This document shows positions 19,498-29,004 of a stretch of 64,000 bases of DNA, one piece after another. A program made the translations under genes and the position numbers. Each line of letters opens with the position of its first letter. The first letter of the stretch is position 1. The notes below the pieces were generated by a model that was not told the DNA's origin, searched no databases, and saw nothing but the letters and a program-made list of their open reading frames with translations. The DNA is from Gammaproteobacteria bacterium (GTDB lineage Bacteria; Pseudomonadota; Gammaproteobacteria; Eutrophobiales; Eutrophobiaceae), in NCBI GenBank assembly GCA_965222155.1, contig CBDCTH010000012.1, forward strand, positions 448,001-512,000. Reading direction: 5' to 3'.

Positions 19498-19678
19498 ACG
19501 CCTTGTGCTGTGAGACCCGTCATGTCGACGGGCAGCATTACGCGCTCGAGCGCAAGGCGCGCATCGAATGGCTCAAGGGCGGTGCCGGGGAGACCTGCCG
19601 CATTCTTTCCAACGCCCGCTGCCTGTCCGAAGGCATCGACGTGCCGGCGCTGGCCGCGGTGCTGTTCATGGAACTGGG
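19498..19678 (+). pseudogene. internal fragment of a type ISP restriction-modification SF2 helicase
   Basis: HVDG...CRILSNARCLSEGIDVPAL.AVLF helicase motif V region. Confidence 0.75.
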
Positions 19679-20050
19679 AGGATGGGGTCAGACCAGTTTA
19701 ATCTGTCACAACTTACTGATAATAAAGATAAATCATCTTTATAAGCAGGCTATCAGGCGGTTAGACTGTGGTTTTTTATGGACAAAACAGGCATTTAAGG
19801 AGGAAGCATCATGCCAAGAGCTAATCGTATCTTTTTACCGGGCCACATCTGGCACATCACCCACTGGTGTCATAACAAAGAAGTCCTGCTTAAGTTTGCT
19901 AATGACCGACAACGTTGGTTGCAAGGAAGACCTTGCCTGTTACAGCCTCCATTATCATAGCAAAATGGGGCTTTTAAGAGAATATAACAGCCATAAATAG
20001 AAAATAAACTAAGCAAAACAGATGGTTATGTGGGTCCGACCCTGGTTAGG
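19679..20050 (+). mobile_element. non-autonomous RAYT (HUH Y1 transposase) derivative, copy 1
   Basis: Ends ggggtcagacc / ggtccgaccc. RBS plus ORF 19811-19960 MPRANRIFLPGHIWHITHWCHNKEVLLKFANDRQRWL matches a RAYT N-terminus. Confidence 0.85.
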
Positions 20051-20405
20051 GGGGTCCGAATAAAGATAAATCATCTTTATAAGCAGGCTATCAGGCGGTT
20101 AGACTGTGGTTTTTTTATGGACAAAACAGGCATTTAAGGAGGAAGCATCATGCCAAGAGCTAATCGTATCTTTTTACCGGGCCACATCTGGCACATCACC
20201 CACTGGTGTCATAACAAAGAAGTCCTGCTTAAGTTTGCTAATGACCGACAGCGTTGGTTGCAAGGAAGACCTTGCCTGTTACAGCCTCCATTGTCATAGC
20301 AAAATGGGGCTTTTAAGAGAATATAACAGCCATAAATAGAAAATAAACTAAGCAAAACAGATGGTTATGTGGGTCCGACCCTGGTTAGGGCTGGTTAGGG
20401 TTAGG
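20051..20405 (+). mobile_element. tandem second copy of the RAYT derivative
   Basis: Near-identical duplicate with ORF 20150-20299, partly deleted left end, and terminal stutter ctggttaggg-ctggttaggg-ttagg. Confidence 0.85.
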
Positions 20406-20437
20406 ATTTGTGAATTTAAAATGAACAGAGTTGCGGG

Positions 20438-20902
20438 TTACAGGTTCTCCGCGATCACCCTCGGGGTCAGGATGAGTTCCTTCATATCGTTGCCCGGTGA
20501 TACCAGTTCCGCATAGCTGGTTTCCTGATAATAGGTCCGGTAATCCGGGTGGATGACCCAGAGTTCTATGAATTCAGGGCCTTCCATTACCAGTCCCTTG
20601 TCGTGGTTGAACAGGAGGCCCGTTTCAAATCTGCGTTGCCCGGCAATCCGGACGGTCTTCACGCCCGGCGCTTCGCCGACGCCTGCGACCGGCTTGCAGA
20701 AATCACCGCTTTCCCGGCTGCGGCAACGCAAGTGGTAGTTGTCGACAGGTTGATGCGTGCTACTGTCTATAGCCTTGAAGCGGATAGGGATGATTTCCAG
20801 CCGATTGATTTGACTACGTTTCCACAGGCCGTGGTAGTCACCTGTCAGGAAGCCCCCTAACGCGGCTGCCAGGCAAGTCAGTGTGATGATAAGGGTTTTC
20901 AT
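20438..20902 (-). CDS. hypothetical membrane-anchored/exported protein
   Basis: MKTLIITLTCLAAALGG hydrophobic N-terminus, co-oriented downstream of cysQ. Confidence 0.6.
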   Translation of the reverse strand: MKTLIITLTCLAAALGGFLTGDYHGLWKRSQINRLEIIPIRFKAIDSSTHQPVDNYHLRCRSRESGDFCKPVAGVGEAPGVKTVRIAGQRRFETGLLFNHDKGLVMEGPEFIELWVIHPDYRTYYQETSYAELVSPGNDMKELILTPRVIAENL

Positions 20903-20921
20903 CGACGGGTCACCAGTCTGT

Positions 20922-21710
20922 TCACAAACGGTTTTCCCACCCGAATGCCGGGTCGGCAACCACGACGAAGTCCGGGTTTAACAAGGATTCCTTGGCATTA
21001 TAGCGCAAGCGGTTAAAACCGGTGTCCGTTACCCCGCCTCCCGCTTCCTCGACGATGCACTGGCCGGCGGCGCTATCCCACTCCGAGGTGGGTCCGAAGC
21101 GTGCGTATATATCGGCAATTCCTTCAGCCACCAGGCAGAATTTCAGGGAACTGCCGATTGCTATAGTCTCGATCTGGTCACCCATCTTCCCGAAGAACGC
21201 CTGCTGCCGCTTGTTGCCGTGAGAGCGGCTGCCGGCGATGACCAGGGCGTCAACCCTGCTGGCCTTTGCCTTGATTCTGAGGCCCGCAGCGCCGTTGCCC
21301 TGCTTGTAGGCCCCCTCGTTTCTGGCCGCATAATAACAAAGATCCTTGACCGGCGCGTAAATGACGCCCAGAACGGGATAGTTTTCCCGGATCAGGGCGA
21401 TATTCACGGTGAACTCTCCGTTGCGTTTGATGAACTCGCGGGTGCCGTCAAGGGGGTCTACCAGCCAGTATTGATCCCAGGTTTTCCTGGTCGAGTAAGG
21501 GATATGTGCAGATTCCTCGGACAACACCGGTATATCCGGAGTCAGCAGCGCGAGCCTGCTGCAGATCACGTCATGGGAGGCCAAGTCCGCCCTGGTGAGG
21601 GGCGACCTGTCGGTCTTGTTGCGGACCTCGAAGTCCGTCACATAGACTTCCATGATTTTATCCGCCGCTTCCTTTGCGATTACTGCAGCGGCTTCAGTTA
21701 ATTCTGACAT
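20922..21710 (-). CDS. cysQ: 3'(2'),5'-bisphosphate nucleotidase
   Basis: SPLTRAD, LSEE, VDPLDGTREF, GSSLKFC, EWDSAAG. Confidence 0.95.
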   Translation of the reverse strand: MSELTEAAAVIAKEAADKIMEVYVTDFEVRNKTDRSPLTRADLASHDVICSRLALLTPDIPVLSEESAHIPYSTRKTWDQYWLVDPLDGTREFIKRNGEFTVNIALIRENYPVLGVIYAPVKDLCYYAARNEGAYKQGNGAAGLRIKAKASRVDALVIAGSRSHGNKRQQAFFGKMGDQIETIAIGSSLKFCLVAEGIADIYARFGPTSEWDSAAGQCIVEEAGGGVTDTGFNRLRYNAKESLLNPDFVVVADPAFGWENRL

Positions 21711-21722
21711 AGTTATTTTGGG

Positions 21723-22403
21723 TTAGATGCGCCGGCAATAAATCAGTTCCCATACCCGGTTGTTCAATTCAAGCCCGCGCTGTTCGAACTTCGTCAGCGA
21801 CCGCCACAGGGGCCGTGGACTGAAGTTGCCGCGCCCTGCCAGGTTGATCAGGCCGGTTTCGGCGTCACATACGGCCAGCATGTATTCTGCCAAATCCCGG
21901 GAATCGGTGGCAAGGTATAATTGCCCCTCAAGTTTCATCCTGCTTGTGAGTCTGTTGATAAAACCAGGCTGCACGAGGCGGCGCTTGTGGTGGCGTTTTT
22001 TGGGCCACGGGTCCGGGAAATGGATATAGATGGACGTCATTGACTCTTCCGGTATCTGCCGGTTGACGACGTCGACGATGTCATGGTTGATGACCCGGAT
22101 ATTGGTAAGCCCGTATTCGGCAACACCGTATAACAGACGCCCGATGCCGGGACGATGTACTTCAACGGCCAGGTAATCAATTTCAGGGTTCGCCCTGGCC
22201 AGCCTGAGTGTAGTCTCGCCCATGCCCGTGCCGATATCCAGCACCCTGGGCGCCTCCCGGTTAAATAGTGTATGCAGGTCCAGCGTTTCATCCTGGTAAT
22301 CGATGCCGAAGTCAACCCAATATCGATCTATGGCAGCAGCTTGTGCTTTCGTGAGTCGGCTCTGTCTTAATACGTAACTTTTGACAGAGTGTTTAAATGG
22401 CAA
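21723..22403 (-). CDS. trmB: tRNA (guanine-N7)-methyltransferase
   Basis: LDIGTGMG, FPDPWPKKRHHKRR, TKFEQRG. Confidence 0.96.
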   Translation of the reverse strand: MPFKHSVKSYVLRQSRLTKAQAAAIDRYWVDFGIDYQDETLDLHTLFNREAPRVLDIGTGMGETTLRLARANPEIDYLAVEVHRPGIGRLLYGVAEYGLTNIRVINHDIVDVVNRQIPEESMTSIYIHFPDPWPKKRHHKRRLVQPGFINRLTSRMKLEGQLYLATDSRDLAEYMLAVCDAETGLINLAGRGNFSPRPLWRSLTKFEQRGLELNNRVWELIYCRRI

Positions 22404-22433
22404 TGTTTACAACCAGCTTGCACGCGGCGCGGG

Positions 22434-23219
22434 TTAGCTGAAGAAGGTCCCGTCGATAGGGGATGACGCGCTGGCATAAGCGCGTCTCGGCATACGCCCG
22501 GCCAGGTAAGCCTGCCGTCCTGCTTGTATGCCCTTGTTCATTGCTGACGCCATTAATACTGGATTTTTAGCCTCTGCGATCGCCGTGTTCATCAATACAC
22601 CGTCACAGCCGAGTTCCATGGCAATCGCCGCGTCCGAGGCGGTGCCGACCCCGGCATCCACCAAAATCGGCACACCGGCGTTTTCGACAATCGTTCTGAT
22701 GTTATAGGGGTTGCGAATGCCCAGTCCGGAACCGATAGGAGCGGCCAGCGGCATGACTGCGATACAGCCCAGTTCTTCAAAGCGCAGCGCCATGATAGGG
22801 TCATCGTTGGTATAAACCATCACCTTGAAATTATCCCTGATGAGTATCTCCGCAGCCTCCAGGGTTTGCGGGATATCCGGGTACAGGGTTTTTTTGTCGC
22901 CCAGCACCTCCAGCTTTACCAGGTCATGACCATTGAGCAATTCACGCGCTAACCGACAGGTCCGCACCGCCGAGTCCGCATCAAAACAACCTGCCGTGTT
23001 GGGAAGGATGGTAAACCTGTCGGGGCTGATATAGTCAAGCAGGTTGGGTTCATCCTTTTCCTGGCCGATGTTGGTGCGACGAATCGCTACCGTGACAATT
23101 TCCGCCCCACTGGCTTCAATCGCCAGGCGGGTTTCTTCCAGGTCTTTGTACTTGCCTGTACCGACCAGCAGGCGGGACGAGTAAACCTTATCGGCGATGA
23201 TTAATGTGTCTTCTGGCAT
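22434..23219 (-). CDS. thiG: thiazole synthase
   Basis: [32 protein letters not shown]. Confidence 0.97.
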   Translation of the reverse strand: MPEDTLIIADKVYSSRLLVGTGKYKDLEETRLAIEASGAEIVTVAIRRTNIGQEKDEPNLLDYISPDRFTILPNTAGCFDADSAVRTCRLARELLNGHDLVKLEVLGDKKTLYPDIPQTLEAAEILIRDNFKVMVYTNDDPIMALRFEELGCIAVMPLAAPIGSGLGIRNPYNIRTIVENAGVPILVDAGVGTASDAAIAMELGCDGVLMNTAIAEAKNPVLMASAMNKGIQAGRQAYLAGRMPRRAYASASSPIDGTFFS

Positions 23220-23270
23220 TACTGAATTTTCTCATATGTGAAAATATGTATCGACAGTGTATATGTAGCC

Positions 23271-23375
23271 GCAGGTTCGGGCAGGCTATTTAAGGCTATC
23301 ATCCGCAGGGATAGCGGATGGTAAGCGTACAGGGATGTATTCACAGCGGGCCTTAAACAGCCTGCCCGAACCTGC
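23271..23375. repeat. 105-bp palindromic REP-like element in the thiS-thiG spacer
   Basis: 26-bp inverted arms gcaggttcgggcaggctatttaaggc / gccttaaacagcctgcccgaacctgc, preceded by GTAG. Confidence 0.85.
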
Positions 23376-23401
23376 CTCCACAGTTCATTCAGGATACCTG
23401 T

Positions 23402-23599
23402 TTACCCCCCGCCGATTGCGGTGACTATTTCTATTTGATCCCCGTCCGCCAGTCGATGCTGATCAAAGGCGCTGCGCGAGACGATTTCCCTGTTGATTTC
23501 CACAGCTACATTGTCCTCAATTTCCAACGCTGAAATTAGATCGGACACCGTCGCCACGTTTGCCAGGGATGTTTTTTCACCATTAACCAATAAATTCAT
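23402..23599 (-). CDS. thiS: sulfur carrier protein ThiS
   Basis: MNLLVNGE...EIVTAIGGG C-terminal GG. Confidence 0.95.
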   Translation of the reverse strand: MNLLVNGEKTSLANVATVSDLISALEIEDNVAVEINREIVSRSAFDQHRLADGDQIEIVTAIGGG

Positions 23600-23666
23600 G
23601 GATGCTATTATACAAAATCTTTTCACTCCCGGCGCAGCTCATTGTAAGATAGACCGGTTGACCCTT

Positions 23667-23737
23667 GCGGGTGTAGTTCAATGGCAGAACATCAGCTTCC
23701 CAAGCTGAGAACGTGGGTTCGATTCCCATCACCCGCT
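23667..23737 (+). tRNA. tRNA-Gly (CCC), CCA not encoded
   Basis: gcgggtg acceptor stem, anticodon arm tcagc-ttCCCaa-gctga, T-loop ttcgatt, U discriminator. Confidence 0.95.
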
Positions 23738-26400
23738 TAACTGAACAATTCCAACTGGTTCCTGAGGGCTGCCTGGGCGGCGGCAAGGCGGGCGATAGGT
23801 ACTCGGAACGGGGAGCAGGAGATATAGTCCAGTTGTACCGACTGGAAAAAATTGATCGACTCCGGGTCACCCCCATGCTCGCCGCAAATCCCGCATTTTA
23901 ATTCCCGTTTTACCGATCTGCCCCTGTGTACGGCCTGTTCGACCAGTTGGCCGACGCCGGCGACGTCCATAGTCTGAAACGGGTTCTCCTCCAGCAGGTT
24001 TTTCGCCAGGTATTCGGACATGAAGCTGCCGATATCGTCCCTGCTGTAGCCCAGGGTCATCTGGGTAAGGTCGTTGGTGCCGAAGCTGAAGAAGTCGGCA
24101 TGCACGGCGATGTCGTCCGCGGTAATGGCAGCCCTGGGTACCTCTATCATGGTGCCGATGGGAATATCCAGTTTACCGGTGAACTTTTTCTTGAGTTTCA
24201 CCTGGCTGATAACCTGCTCCACTTTTTTCCTCAGCATGGACAGCTCGCTTTCCAGCCCCACCAGCGGGATCATAATCTCCGGTTGCGCATTGATGCGTTT
24301 TCTCCTGCAGTTGATGGCCGCCTCGACGATGGCGGCCACCTGCATTTCCAGGATTTCCGGGTAGGTCACGGTCAACCGGCAACCGCGATGACCCAACATG
24401 GGATTGACTTCGTGCAGCTGGTTGACCCGCCGGATAATCCTGTCGATGCTCACCTTCATGCTCCGGGCAAGCTGACGCTGCAATTTTACGTCCTCCGGCA
24501 GGAATTCATGCAGCGGCGGGTCCAGCAAGCGTATCGTGACCGGCAGGCCGCGCATGGTGCTGAAAATCCCCTCGAAGTCCCGGCGCTGGAAAGGCAGCAG
24601 TTTTTTCAGCGCCGCGCGCCGCGCAGTCTCGTCCTCGGCGAGGATCATCTCACGCATTGCCGCGATACGATTCTCACCGAAGAACATGTGTTCGGTCCGG
24701 CAAAGCCCGATCCCCTCGGCGCCGAACTCCAGGGCCGTGGCTGCATCCATAGGGGTATCTGCGTTGGTGCGTATCACCAGTTTCCGCGTCCTGTCGGCCC
24801 AGGCCATCAGTGTTTTGAATTCTCTTGTGAAGGTAGGCGGCTGCATGGCGACTTCGCCCAGCATGATTTCGCCGTTGCTGCCGTCTATACTGATGATATC
24901 CTCCTGAGTGATTATCCTGTTCCTGATAGTCAGGGTCTTGCGTTTAGCGTCGATAATCAGATCGTTTGCGCCGGTTACGCAACACTTTCCCCAGCCACGC
25001 GCCACGACCGCAGCATGACTGGTTGACCCGCCTGTGGAGGTCAATATCGCCTCGGCGACGTGCATGCCGTGAATATCCTCGGGGCTGGTCTCCCGCCTGA
25101 CGAGAATGACGGGTTGACCGTTTTCACTCTGCTCAACCGCTTCATCCGCGCTGAAAACAAGATAACCGGACGCGGCCCCGGGCGATGCCGGCAGGCCCGT
25201 AGTCAGTACGTTCCGCTTTGCCTTGTGGTCGAAGGAGGGCAGTAACACCTGGTTCAGGTCATTGGCGGGGACACGCAACAACGCGTCCTTCTGGTTGATT
25301 AGGGTTTCCTTGACCATATCCACCGCAATTTTTATCGCCGCTGCGCCCGTCCGTTTCCCGGTACGCGTCTGTAACATGTACAACACGCTTTTTTCGATGG
25401 TAAATTCGATATCCTGCATATCCTTGTAGTGGGCTTCCAGGATATGTTTCACCTTGAGCAGTTGCTCATAGATCTCCGGGCGCCACTTTTTCATCTTGGC
25501 CACCGGCTGCGGCGTGCGAATGCCTGCAACCACATCTTCTCCCTGGGCGTTGATCAGGAATTCCCCGTAAAATTGATTTTTCCCTGTGGTCGGGTCCCGG
25601 GTAAAGGCGACGCCGGTGCCAGAATCGTTGCCCATGTTGCCGAATACCATGGACTGGATATTGGCCGCGGTACCGATCAGTCCGCGGATGTTGTTTATCT
25701 TGCGATAAGCCTGCGCCCGGGGAGTGTTCCAGCTTTGAAACACCGCTTCGATGGCCTTCTCAAGTTGCTCATGGGGCGCCTGGGGAAATGTTTCACCACT
25801 GTATTGTTTATAGACCTTCTTATAGGCGGCGATTAGCTTTTCCAGGCCCTCTTCGTTCAAGTCGGCATCCTCACTGACCCCGTACTGTTGTTTGATCCGG
25901 GTGAAATGGGCCTCGAAATGCTCATGTTCGACACCCATGACCACGTTGCCGAACATATTGATCAGGCGCCGGTAGGCATCCAGCGCGAAGCGCCTGTTGC
26001 CCGTTTGCCGGCCAATCCCGATTACGGATTGGTCTGTCAGGCCCAGGTTCAGGATCGTATCCAGCATGCCCGGCATACTCGCGGCCGCGCCGCTCCTGAC
26101 GGAGACCAGTAACGGGTTGTCGTCGTCACCGAACCTCTTGCCGGTCTCCTTCTCCAGACGGGTCATGTTCAGCCTGATACTGCCCTGCAGCCCCTTCGGG
26201 AGCTTGCCGTCACTCTGGTAGTACTCGGCACATGTGGTGGTGGTAATGGTGAAACCCGGCGGGACGGGCAGGCCGATGCTGGTCATCTCAGCCAGGTTGG
26301 CGCCCTTGCCGCCGAGTAGACTTACATCATTCCGGCCGCCTTCGGATAATTGGTTGCCGAAGTAATAGGTGCGCTTTACGTTGTTCAGCTTGCTGGTCAA
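23737..26400 (-). CDS. ppdK: pyruvate, phosphate dikinase
   Basis: GGKGANLAEM, LVSVRSGA, GGSTSHAAVVARG, GLCRTEHMF, SFGTNDLTQ. Confidence 0.97.
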   Translation of the reverse strand: MTSKLNNVKRTYYFGNQLSEGGRNDVSLLGGKGANLAEMTSIGLPVPPGFTITTTTCAEYYQSDGKLPKGLQGSIRLNMTRLEKETGKRFGDDDNPLLVSVRSGAAASMPGMLDTILNLGLTDQSVIGIGRQTGNRRFALDAYRRLINMFGNVVMGVEHEHFEAHFTRIKQQYGVSEDADLNEEGLEKLIAAYKKVYKQYSGETFPQAPHEQLEKAIEAVFQSWNTPRAQAYRKINNIRGLIGTAANIQSMVFGNMGNDSGTGVAFTRDPTTGKNQFYGEFLINAQGEDVVAGIRTPQPVAKMKKWRPEIYEQLLKVKHILEAHYKDMQDIEFTIEKSVLYMLQTRTGKRTGAAAIKIAVDMVKETLINQKDALLRVPANDLNQVLLPSFDHKAKRNVLTTGLPASPGAASGYLVFSADEAVEQSENGQPVILVRRETSPEDIHGMHVAEAILTSTGGSTSHAAVVARGWGKCCVTGANDLIIDAKRKTLTIRNRIITQEDIISIDGSNGEIMLGEVAMQPPTFTREFKTLMAWADRTRKLVIRTNADTPMDAATALEFGAEGIGLCRTEHMFFGENRIAAMREMILAEDETARRAALKKLLPFQRRDFEGIFSTMRGLPVTIRLLDPPLHEFLPEDVKLQRQLARSMKVSIDRIIRRVNQLHEVNPMLGHRGCRLTVTYPEILEMQVAAIVEAAINCRRKRINAQPEIMIPLVGLESELSMLRKKVEQVISQVKLKKKFTGKLDIPIGTMIEVPRAAITADDIAVHADFFSFGTNDLTQMTLGYSRDDIGSFMSEYLAKNLLEENPFQTMDVAGVGQLVEQAVHRGRSVKRELKCGICGEHGGDPESINFFQSVQLDYISCSPFRVPIARLAAAQAALRNQLELFS

Positions 26401-26406
26401 GACGTC

Positions 26407-27861
26407 TTATTCCTGACCGGTCCACAGGTCCATAAAGGTATTGACAGGCATGGCCTCAAGCGCAGGCCGGCTTGCACAGGCCGCGAGGATAGCGTCTTTC
26501 CGGGCCGTGGAGAAGTGCCCGGCTACCGCGTTGTTGAACTTTTCCAGCAACAGGGGAATGCCCTTTTTGCGCCGTCGCCGATGACCGACAGGGTATTCGA
26601 CGACTACCTTATCCGTCCTGGAACCGTCCCGGAAAACCACCTGCACCGAATTGCCTATGGCGCGTTTATCCGGGTCATGATAATCGATAGTGAACTGCCT
26701 GTTTTCCGTTACCTCCATCTTGTCCCTGAGTGCATCGATACGCGGGTCCGCGGCAACGTCATCTTCGTAATCCTCTGCGACCAGTCGACCGAAAATCAAG
26801 GGTATTGCCGTCATGTATTGAATGCAGTGATCACGGTCGGCAGGATTATCCAGCGGGCCGGTCTTATCGATAATCCGCGCCCCGGCTTCCTGTGTTTCCA
26901 CTATCACTTTGTCTATTTCCTCCAGGCGATCTTTCACCTGTTGGTGCAGCTCCATGGCCGCTTCGACCGCGGTCTGTGCATGAAACTCTGCCGGAAATGA
27001 GATCTTGAATAATATGTTTTCCATGACATAACAGCCAAACGGCTGTTCTACGAGAATATCATTTCCTTTGAACAACACCTCCTGAAATCCCCAGTGTCCG
27101 GCGCTCAGCGCCGAGGGGTAACCCATCTCGCCGGTCAGCGAGATGAGGGCATGGCGCACTGCCCGGCTGGTCGCATCGCCTGCCGCCCAGCTTTTTCTCG
27201 AACCGGTATTGGGCGCATGACGGTAGGTGCGTAACGCGCCGCCGTCGATCCAGGCATTGGAAACGGCATTGATAACCTGTTCCCGAGTACCGCCCAGCAT
27301 TTTAGTGACCACGGCTGTGCTGGCGATGCGAACGAGCAGGACATGGTCCAGGCCGACACCGTTAAAGCTGTTTTTCAGGGCGAGTACACCCTGGATCTCA
27401 TGGGCCTGGATCATGCCGTTGAGGACGTCTGCGATGGTCAGCGGGTCTCGCCTTGCGCTGATATTTTCCAGGCTGAGATAGTCGGCGACCGCAAGAATAC
27501 CGCCAAGATTATCGGAAGGATGTCCCCATTCTGCAGCCAGCCAGGTGTCGTTGAAGTCCAGCCAGCGCACCTGCGCGCCGATATTGAATGCCGCCTGCAC
27601 CGGGTCCAGCCGGTAGTTGGTGCCGGGCACCCGCGCCCCGTTCGGCATTTCGGCTCCGGGCACCACCGGCCCCAGCATCTTTGTGCAGGCAGGAAATTTG
27701 AGCGCCATCATAGCGCAGGCCAGGGTATCCAGCAGGCAGTAAAATGCAGTACTGCGCGCCTCCTCGCTTGCGGTCTCGCCGCCCAATACATAATCGGCAA
27801 TATTCTGCAACAGCACATCGGCCGAGGGCCTTTTGGCGTCTCGTACGCCCATATTTGACAT
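26407..27861 (-). CDS. prpD: 2-methylcitrate dehydratase
   Basis: [33 protein letters not shown]. Confidence 0.97.
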   Translation of the reverse strand: MSNMGVRDAKRPSADVLLQNIADYVLGGETASEEARSTAFYCLLDTLACAMMALKFPACTKMLGPVVPGAEMPNGARVPGTNYRLDPVQAAFNIGAQVRWLDFNDTWLAAEWGHPSDNLGGILAVADYLSLENISARRDPLTIADVLNGMIQAHEIQGVLALKNSFNGVGLDHVLLVRIASTAVVTKMLGGTREQVINAVSNAWIDGGALRTYRHAPNTGSRKSWAAGDATSRAVRHALISLTGEMGYPSALSAGHWGFQEVLFKGNDILVEQPFGCYVMENILFKISFPAEFHAQTAVEAAMELHQQVKDRLEEIDKVIVETQEAGARIIDKTGPLDNPADRDHCIQYMTAIPLIFGRLVAEDYEDDVAADPRIDALRDKMEVTENRQFTIDYHDPDKRAIGNSVQVVFRDGSRTDKVVVEYPVGHRRRRKKGIPLLLEKFNNAVAGHFSTARKDAILAACASRPALEAMPVNTFMDLWTGQE

Positions 27862-27932
27862 GTGTGAGTCTCTCCAAAGTTTGTATCAGTTTAATATCAT
27901 ATTCATTGTCCGGCAAAAAAGATAAACAAAGA

Positions 27933-28097
27933 GTCGCCCCCGGCTTACGACATGCCGGGGCAGGCTCCGGCGACACAGTATCATACTGGATGCCGGGACA
28001 AGCCCGGCATGACGACGGGGGTCAAACCCGGCATGACGACAGGGGTCAAACCCGGCATGACGACGGGGGACAAGCCCGGCATGACGACGGCTGGGGG
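27933..28097. repeat. REP cluster: hairpin carrying module C plus 4x 24-bp half-REP tandem
   Basis: ctggatgccgggacaagcccggcatgac followed by caa(a/g)cccggcatgacgac(g/a)gggg repeats. Confidence 0.85.
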
Positions 28098-28116
28098 CGA
28101 CACATTTTGCAACCTG

Positions 28117-28854
28117 TCAATGACCTTTTTTCGCCGCTGCATTCTGGACTGCCGTCAAGATGCCGCGCAGGATATTATATTCATTGCCGTCCAATCGGGT
28201 GCGATTGAACAGGCGTTTGAGGCGGCGCATCAGACGGCGCGGTTGCTCCGGGTCGAGATAGCCGATGTCGGACAGCGTATCCTGGATGTGTTGATAAAAG
28301 TATTCCATCTGTTCCGCTGTAACCGGGGATTCCGGATTATCGCGGGCAGTTTCCGTTTCTTGCCGGGCGAGATACTGCTTGCCGATTTCATAGCAGATAA
28401 TCTGTGCCGCCGAAGCAATATTCAGGGAGGAAAAATCCTTATTGGTCGGTATGCGGATCATGGCATGGCATATTTCCAGTTGTTCATTGGACAGTCCGGA
28501 ACTTTCGCGTCCGAAAACGACAGCCATGCCGGCTGTGGTGTTGACACGGGCGATGATCTGCTCTGCCGCAGCTTCAGGTGTGACCTCCGGCCAGGCGATG
28601 CTTCTTGCACGCGCGCTGCTGCCGAACACAAGTTCACAGTCCGCAACCGCTTCTTCAAGACTTGGAAATACCTGGCTGTGGGCCAGAATATCGTCCGCAC
28701 CCGCGGCCCTGGCGGAGCATTCCGCACTGGGAAAGCGCTGGGGGGACACCAGTACCAGTTGTTCCAGGCCCATGGTCTTCATTGCCCGGGCGGTGGCGCC
28801 GATATTTCCCGGGTGTGTCGTATTTACCAGGACAATCTTTACGTTTTCCAGCAT
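28117..28854 (-). CDS. trmJ: tRNA (cytidine/uridine-2'-O)-methyltransferase
   Basis: HPGNIGATARAMKTMG, FGRESSGLSNEQL, SSLNIASA. Confidence 0.93.
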   Translation of the reverse strand: MLENVKIVLVNTTHPGNIGATARAMKTMGLEQLVLVSPQRFPSAECSARAAGADDILAHSQVFPSLEEAVADCELVFGSSARARSIAWPEVTPEAAAEQIIARVNTTAGMAVVFGRESSGLSNEQLEICHAMIRIPTNKDFSSLNIASAAQIICYEIGKQYLARQETETARDNPESPVTAEQMEYFYQHIQDTLSDIGYLDPEQPRRLMRRLKRLFNRTRLDGNEYNILRGILTAVQNAAAKKGH

Positions 28855-28890
28855 ATAATGAATCTCCGGAACCGGTTTCAGTGATGTAAG

Positions 28891-28986
28891 ATATTTGGGG
28901 TCAGAGTAAAATACTTGATAGTACAGCAACATAATCTATCGGATTAACCGTATTTTTACTCTGACCCCAAATATCCCCCAATATCC
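28891..28986. repeat. ggggtcagagtaaaa palindromic repeat in the trmJ/suhB divergent spacer
   Basis: atatttggggtcagagtaaaa ... ttttactctgaccccaaatat plus a terminal stutter. Confidence 0.85.
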
Positions 28987-29004
28987 TAACCGTAGGAGAA
29001 AAAA

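Noticed and set aside
19503-20339. ORFs of 165 aa and 77 aa with duplicated C-termini
   Set aside because: Chimeric read-through of a helicase fragment into an alternative frame of the RAYT-derived elements.
23220-23666. TPP riboswitch at thiS/thiG
   Set aside because: No TPP aptamer consensus is visible. The structured sequence is a REP-like palindrome downstream of thiS.
23926-25026. Long antisense ORFs (also 31008-31856, 56130-57317, 61657-62589)
   Set aside because: Shadow frames opposite conserved genes in GC-rich coding DNA, with no recognisable motifs.
27990-28097. Possible CRISPR arrays (also 43446-43550 and 44301-44397)
   Set aside because: Units are directly tandem with no unique spacers, derive from REP arms, and no cas genes are present.
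27952-28884. 310-aa ORF with GMTTGVKP repeats
   Set aside because: It is a translation of the REP tandem array joined to the antisense strand of trmJ.
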